From Eledone cirrhosa (lineage: Eukaryota), in assembly GCA_964016885.1 (NCBI GenBank), contig OZ024745.1, positions 41,168,001 to 41,232,000 of the forward strand: 64,000 nt of DNA. Reading direction: 5' to 3'. The position numbers and the translations under genes are program-made. Position 1 is the first letter of the stretch. Each line of letters opens with the position of its first letter. The notes beneath the pieces were generated by a model. That model made no database searches and was not told where the DNA came from. It saw only the letters and a program-made list of their open reading frames with translations. Of the stretch, positions 57,434-64,000 are shown piece after piece.

Positions 57434-60400
57434 CTAAGGCGGGTAAAATTCCCGAGATCCATGGACGAGTTCTCTCCAGCGGTCTCTGTCCCTCATTATC
57501 GCTGCCATATCCTGGATCTCCAACAGACCAGTGTCTTTCCTTAGGGCATCAACATATGTTAACCTTGGTCTTCCTCTTCTAGTGTGTCCATGTAGGGGCT
57601 CCCAAAGGAGCACTGAGTGCAATGTCAACTCCGGATGTCGGTGAGCATGTCCAGCCAACCTCAGTCTCCTCTGTGTCACTTTTGAGCTGACTCTTGGGAT
57701 GCTCCCATACAGCTCTGAGTTTTTCATCCTCAGTGTATACTGATTAATGTTCAGAGCCATCCTCAACATTCTCGTGTAGCACCCATCCACCATCTGAGTG
57801 AGTTTCTTGGTCAGTGTCCAAGTCTCAGACCCATACAGCAGCACAGACTCCACTACAGCAATGAAGAGGCGGATTTTCAGGTCTCTACGAAGGTCCGACT
57901 TCCACACCGATCTCAAGCTGTGGCACGCCGCCCAGGCCTTGCTCTTCCTCTCAACCACATCATCCTCCGTATTCCCAATCTTTGCTCCCAAATACAGGAA
58001 GTCCTCAACCAATTCCAGCGGCTTCCCGCCTACATTAGTGATCCCCTCTGGCTTCTCAACATTCTCTACCAGATATTTTGTTTTAGTCTCATTCATTCTC
58101 AGCCCCACACTCATCGACACAGTCTCAACCTCCCGCATCAAATCCTCTGCCTCCTTCACTGTATTTGTCACCAAAACTATGTCGTCGGCAAATTCAGCAT
58201 CCGATACCTTTTTCGCCCCAACTCTCCTGCTCTGAGCCGGTGCTACAGTAAAGCCAGAGTCCTGGTGTTTCTCCAGTGCAAGGCGCATACAATAGTCAAC
58301 TACGATGATAAAAAGGTAGGGAGCCAATGTATCGCCCTGGAGCACTCCAGCCAGTATCTCAAAGAACTCTGTCATCCCATCAGGTGTAATGACTTGGGCT
58401 TTGGTGTTGGTGTAGAGCAGTGATATCAGGTCCACTATCCTCTTGGGGATTCCATAAGCCTGTAAGATCTTCATCAGGCAGTAACGGTCCATAGAATCAA
58501 AGGCCTTCCTAAATTCAATGAAAACCATGACCGCAGGAAGGCACTTTGCTCTAGCTCCCTCTAATATCCTCCTCAGCATCAGGATGTGACTGGTGGTTGA
58601 TCTACCCTCTCTGAAGCCGTTCTGGTTGTCCCTGAGCTTCTTCTCCATCTCAGGCTGGATCCTGTTAAGAATCATCCTGTTGAGGGTCTTTGCCACAAGT
58701 GACGTCAGTGAGATCCCCCGGTAGTTGTTGGTGTTAGAGAGATCTCCCTTCTTTGGCACTGGGACGATGTTACTGATCCTCCACTGATTCGGGGCAACTC
58801 CTTTCTCCAGTGCCCCGTTACAGAACCCCAGGATGATATCATCAAAATCACACCTCTTCATCACCTCTGATGCCACTCCATCTTCTCCATGAGCCTTGCC
58901 CTCCTTGATCTTCTTCTTGGCTCTCTGAAGCTCCTCTCTGGTGAAGGGCTCTGTCTCAACATCCAGTTCCTCAAACAGCCGCCTGATCTCCCCAGTGCTC
59001 TGGGCTGTGGAGGGTGGCTCTCCTAGTAGGGTCCTAAAATGGTCTAGCCATTTCCTCTTCCTATCCTCGGGCCCCGTTCTCTGGATCTGACTCGAACACC
59101 TTTTCTTCCTCCCTGTGATCTCGTTGATGATCATCCAGCTCTCCTTACATCCAGATCTGTCAACCGCTCTCTCCACACTTCTGATCTTCTCTATCAGTGC
59201 CTCCTCTCTGACCTCAGTGTAAGCGGTACAGAGCTCTTCCCTCATCACCTCCACAGTCTCCATCCTCTCCTCCGTAGGATCAGCATAGAATTGGTCCCTG
59301 GCAGCTTTCAGGTGTTCTCTGGCTGCACACACTTTTGGGTTTGCAGAGCTGACGTGCTTCCCTTTGTTCTTTTTCCTCGGCACCAGGGTTTCACTTGCTT
59401 TCGCCACTGCATTGGTGAAGTGCCCGTACCTCCTCGTCACACTCTCCTCAGTCCATCCAATCTCTCTCTCCTCTGACTCTCCACACAGAGCACTAAACCT
59501 GTTTCTCACTTCCACTGTGAACCTCTCCTGTAGCTTATCATCTTCCTTGAAAGCTCCCCAGTCATAGATTGTTCTCCGGGGCTGAGCCTTGCTCTTTCTT
59601 AAGCTCACGCGGACCTCACTCATAACAAGCCGGTGGTCACTACCCAGTGTACTGAAATAGCTGTATTGTTCCGTGTTCAGAACACTATTCCGCCACTTTT
59701 TCCTCACCAGAATGAAATCAATCTGGGACTTGGACAGGTGCATATCTGAGATGTAGGTCCACATCTTCCCCAGATTCTTCCTAAACCTTAGGTTGGTCGC
59801 CATCAAGTTCACCTCCAGCAGGGTGTCTCTCAGTAGTCTTCCATTTCGGTTGGTATTATTATGGAAGTACCAGCAAGGATCTTCACTGCCCTCCTTACTC
59901 AGATGTGCATTGAAGTCCCCCAAAACAAGCAGGATATTGTGTGTCTGAGTGGTGTTGACAGCTCTACACACCTCCTCATGGAACTCCTCCGCATTCACAT
60001 CACTGTCCCCCTCGGTTGGACTATAGGCTGAGATGACTGTCAGTCTTGGGTTTCCATTGAAGGTCACCCTCAACACTCGCGGGGAGATAGGCATTATTTC
60101 CCTCACCAACAGATTGGTTTTTGCACTGAACACAAAACCCACTCCTCCCACTGCAGCATTTGTTGTGTTCTTCACTGCCGATGTAGTGATGAGCTGGCTC
60201 TTCCTCCCGATCATCACACTCCTCACGGTCTCATCGTGTAGAATCCTGTGTTCTTGGATCGCAAGTATCTGTATACCACTCTCCTCGAACAGATGTCCCA
60301 ACTCCTCCCTCTTCTCCAGCGTTCGAATAGTCCTCACATTCATAGTGCCCATTTTGATGGCTCTTCTGCAGGACAAAACTGCATTCTTTATATTTGTCTC

Positions 60401-60568
60401 AGAGACAGCTGATCCATCATCCACTGGCCCTCTCTGTGGCTCTAAGCCAGCAGAGTCATAACGACCAGGCTGCTCCTTGACAGTGTAATTAGGGGCTCTA
60501 ACCCTAGTGCTGTTAGATCGACTCTCCATATTTCTTTTCAATGGCTGACAATACCTTACCGGCGCCAC
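57434..60568 (-). CDS. Uninterrupted 1044-aa APE endonuclease + reverse transcriptase ORF of a full-length RTE-superfamily LINE (element about 57425-60740)
   Basis: GTMNVRT, AIQEHR, GDFNA, QIDFIL, SDHR, NYRGISL, QNGFR, GVLQGDTLAPYLF, FADD, YLGA and LLYGSETW motifs. The ORF opens on GTG, with the first ATG 13 codons downstream. Confidence 0.92.
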   Translation of the reverse strand: MAPVRYCQPLKRNMESRSNSTRVRAPNYTVKEQPGRYDSAGLEPQRGPVDDGSAVSETNIKNAVLSCRRAIKMGTMNVRTIRTLEKREELGHLFEESGIQILAIQEHRILHDETVRSVMIGRKSQLITTSAVKNTTNAAVGGVGFVFSAKTNLLVREIMPISPRVLRVTFNGNPRLTVISAYSPTEGDSDVNAEEFHEEVCRAVNTTQTHNILLVLGDFNAHLSKEGSEDPCWYFHNNTNRNGRLLRDTLLEVNLMATNLRFRKNLGKMWTYISDMHLSKSQIDFILVRKKWRNSVLNTEQYSYFSTLGSDHRLVMSEVRVSLRKSKAQPRRTIYDWGAFKEDDKLQERFTVEVRNRFSALCGESEEREIGWTEESVTRRYGHFTNAVAKASETLVPRKKNKGKHVSSANPKVCAAREHLKAARDQFYADPTEERMETVEVMREELCTAYTEVREEALIEKIRSVERAVDRSGCKESWMIINEITGRKKRCSSQIQRTGPEDRKRKWLDHFRTLLGEPPSTAQSTGEIRRLFEELDVETEPFTREELQRAKKKIKEGKAHGEDGVASEVMKRCDFDDIILGFCNGALEKGVAPNQWRISNIVPVPKKGDLSNTNNYRGISLTSLVAKTLNRMILNRIQPEMEKKLRDNQNGFREGRSTTSHILMLRRILEGARAKCLPAVMVFIEFRKAFDSMDRYCLMKILQAYGIPKRIVDLISLLYTNTKAQVITPDGMTEFFEILAGVLQGDTLAPYLFIIVVDYCMRLALEKHQDSGFTVAPAQSRRVGAKKVSDAEFADDIVLVTNTVKEAEDLMREVETVSMSVGLRMNETKTKYLVENVEKPEGITNVGGKPLELVEDFLYLGAKIGNTEDDVVERKSKAWAACHSLRSVWKSDLRRDLKIRLFIAVVESVLLYGSETWTLTKKLTQMVDGCYTRMLRMALNINQYTLRMKNSELYGSIPRVSSKVTQRRLRLAGHAHRHPELTLHSVLLWEPLHGHTRRGRPRLTYVDALRKDTGLLEIQDMAAIMRDRDRWRELVHGSREFYPP

Positions 60569-60745
60569 TCGAATAAGGTAGTTATTTAACCCATAAATGG
60601 AGCCCTAACAGGTACTACCACCCCGGGCCAGGGCAGACCTGGGAGTCATGACAACTAAGGGGTAACTCCACATTTCCCACATCTCCTGAACTCCCGAACT
60701 GGAGCCTTGCCACTGGATGTAGTTTAATGTCATACCCAGTATATA

Positions 60746-60788
<43 letters not shown>

Positions 60789-61201
60789 AATCGATTGTGT
60801 TCCGACCTTAGAGAAATGGGGTCCACCACATTTTAAATGCCTCAAAATAGCTTCTGTAGCTACGCTGCATCTGGAACTCCAGCAACGGTTACTGGCTCAT
60901 ACAGATTAGTAACTGATTAGTACAGATTAGTCATTGATTTTATTTGCGAGCGACAATAAATATCACAAGATAACATTTTGGTTTTCAATTCAGGTTGTCT
61001 ACAATATATACAGTTCCAACGATTAGTCTATTAAATACAATCTAGGATTTCTCTCTCAGAATGCTTTTCTAGTAATTTTAATAATACACACACCCATACA
61101 TATATATATATATATATATATGGCTCACCGGTCGCAGTCTTCAATTTGACAAGCTTTCTAAACGTATATATATATATATTTATTGATATATATATATGTT
61201 T

Positions 61202-61326
<125 letters not shown>

Positions 61327-61336
61327 AACAAGTAAG

Positions 61337-61430
61337 ACCCCGACGGCTGAGCTCAAGCCGTTTCGACGGCTAATTCTGGACTGAATGAAAATTTATTCAG
61401 GTATTTAAATAGCCGAGCTTATCAAGGGGT
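61337..61430 (-). ncRNA. Complete type I hammerhead, family D, U3-A8 core, long stem II
   Basis: ACCCC-TTGATAA-g ct CGGCTA..CTGAAT..ATTCAG..TAGCCG tc-GAAA-CGGCT tgagctc AGCCG-TC-GGGGT; GUC triplet. Confidence 0.75.
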
Positions 61431-61559
61431 AATTCCATATATGGTCAAAGAGATAATCACCAGGATTGGTCACATCACAAGTTAGTAGTAAATCTGTGAT
61501 GTCAAATTGGTGGGGGAAGGGGTAGCTGAACCTGCCGGTAGGAGAAAAAAAAAAAAAAA

Positions 61560-61624
<65 letters not shown>

Positions 61625-62040
61625 CATACACATAGACAGGTTTGTTTGTGTCTTTGTGTATGAGTATGTGGGTGAAGGACTATATATTTTACTCAAGTGA
61701 AGGAGTGACATATATGTAAACAGATAGAGTTTTGTATGCATAGTAGAATGTAGAAAACATTTAACTAGAGAGCAAATGAATCGATAGAGTAATAATTAGT
61801 TGGAAAGACTGGTGCAAATTCAAACAGTTCAGATTATAAAATGATAATCACGTGCATAGATATATGCATATATATGCATGCATATATATATATGTATATA
61901 TCTATCGCACTCTGTCGCTCCCATCTCCCTCTATACATATATATGTATATGTCTTTATATATATATATATGTGTGTATTTGTGTATTTGTATGTGTGTGT
62001 GTATAGACATACATACACACACACGCACGCACACACACAA

Positions 62041-62085
<45 letters not shown>

Positions 62086-62140
62086 TATTGGTGGTATGTA
62101 AGTATATATAAACTTGGTAATTATATCTAGGATGGTGATG

Positions 62141-62236
<96 letters not shown>

Positions 62237-62596
62237 ATATATATATGTTTGTGTTTGTGAGAGCGAGTGCATGTATCTGTGTGTGTACATGTATGTAGGC
62301 ATATATATGTATGTTTATTTGTATATATATACATATATATATGTGCGTTTCGTGTGTTTGAGAGAGAAAAAAAGAAAGAGAGAGTAGGCTAATGAGAGAG
62401 ATAAAGATAAATAGATTCCTTGATGAATAAATCATTTAAACAACATTATGTCAGAAACTAAAGTGAGTTATCTACTTATGCGAATAAGTTTTTCTTTTAT
62501 ATTTTTATTTTTACCATTACCTAATCAATTTGTTCGTTACTTTGAATCTAAGTGTTATGCAAGGATATCTCTCTGACTAGTAATTACGTAGTAAAC

Positions 62597-62660
<64 letters not shown>

Positions 62661-63134
62661 TATAAATATACAAATATATTGTAATCAAATTCATTTATTT
62701 TGAAGTAACTCTACTAAATATCAGTAATGGCTGGCCTATGTCTTAAATAAGAACAGGCAGGCGTGATTTTAAGAAGTAACTCTCTACCAGTTACTGTAGC
62801 AGTTCCTTATTAAATATATTGTAAGCCCCAGCCTATTGTTATCATACATTTTTACACCTTTTTTTAAATGTTCCCACCGCTATTTGTTATCTTTTGCAAT
62901 ACATTAGTGTAACTGCAATGAAGTACTTCGAGTTCCGCAATTAGGTGAACGCTAAGTGGGGATCATGACAGAAAGAAAATGTCTACATCAGTAGTTCCCG
63001 AATACATTTTGTCACAAAATCCCTACATGCACTTTCAAAATCTGTGGAAACCTTACCTGCATTTTATCGACAATAGTCACCATAATTTTGGAAGACACTA
63101 AATGAAGGAAAATTTATTTTAGTGAAAGGATTTG

Positions 63135-63191
<57 letters not shown>

Positions 63192-63445
63192 ATATTAAAT
63201 AAATGGAAACTATATTTATAAAACCATATTTATTTTATTATATATATTTCAAGAGTACCAAGACAACATTGGTTCGCTTTCATCAGATAAAATACAAAGT
63301 TTGTTTTCATAAATAGAGACATACCCATGAAAATCATACCTTATCGGTTGGAAATTCACTGGATAGTGGAAATATATTAGGGATTTTTCAAACTTATGTA
63401 AATGAATATGTAAATAATCAAAAAACAATCGTTTATTTAAATGAC

Positions 63446-63527
<82 letters not shown>

Positions 63528-63916
63528 ATAAGCGGAGAAGGATAAAAATTAGTGTGAGGGAGAGAGAGAGAAGAAAGAAACAAGAGAAGATGAATAAAAC
63601 TCGTATAACGCTAATTTGGTGGAAATATATTCAAAGTATATATTTTAATAGTACGTGTATTTACGATTATTAGTTGTTTTGAATTTGTTTATAATATAAT
63701 ATTTTCTGTTATAAGAAGATAAATAAATAAATACATAAATAAATAAATAAGTAAGTAAGTAAATAAATAAATAAATAAATAAATAAATAGATAGATGGGT
63801 ATATCATGTTATAGATAATTGTTCAAATGAGTTATGAGGGATATTGGTTTTGTATTTAATGTAAATAAATATTAAGTTAAATTAACTGAGTTAATAAGAA
63901 TATTTATATTTAAATT

Positions 63917-63945
63917 ACTAGCTGACGTACCCAGCTTCGCCCGGG
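63917..63945 (+). mobile_element. Possible Helitron/Helentron-type terminus
   Basis: ACTAGCTGACGTACCCAGCTTCGCCCGGG resembles termini of non-autonomous invertebrate Helitron-like repeats; short match only. Confidence 0.35.
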
Positions 63946-64000
63946 TAAACAGATGATAAAAGAAGACAGGTAAAAGAGAAAATGAATGTAGTGGATGTCT

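Overview
Eukaryotic, AT-rich, repeat-saturated DNA with no recognisable host protein-coding gene. The microsatellite landscape and the SINE/LINE types suggest a coleoid cephalopod such as Octopus (inference). Nearly all ORFs in the track are microsatellite artefacts. Real coding remnants are all non-LTR retroelements: RTE-superfamily LINEs (one with an uninterrupted 1044-aa ORF), R4/Dong-type RLE fragments and three Penelope-like elements. The main signal is non-coding: about 20 complete or partial type I hammerhead ribozyme (HHR) motifs in about 9 sequence families. They include head-to-head tandem arrays of highly structured 423-474 bp units with one minimal, dimer-type HHR per unit (retrozyme-like, predicted circular RNAs; 1-3556, 3707-4151, 7221-9218). 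Many short fold-back pLTR-like elements also sit in (AT)n tracts, with inversion points clustering at the ribozyme. Several HHRs have non-canonical cores (U3-A8, CNGUUGAU, GCAA). All structures were read by eye and activity is untested.
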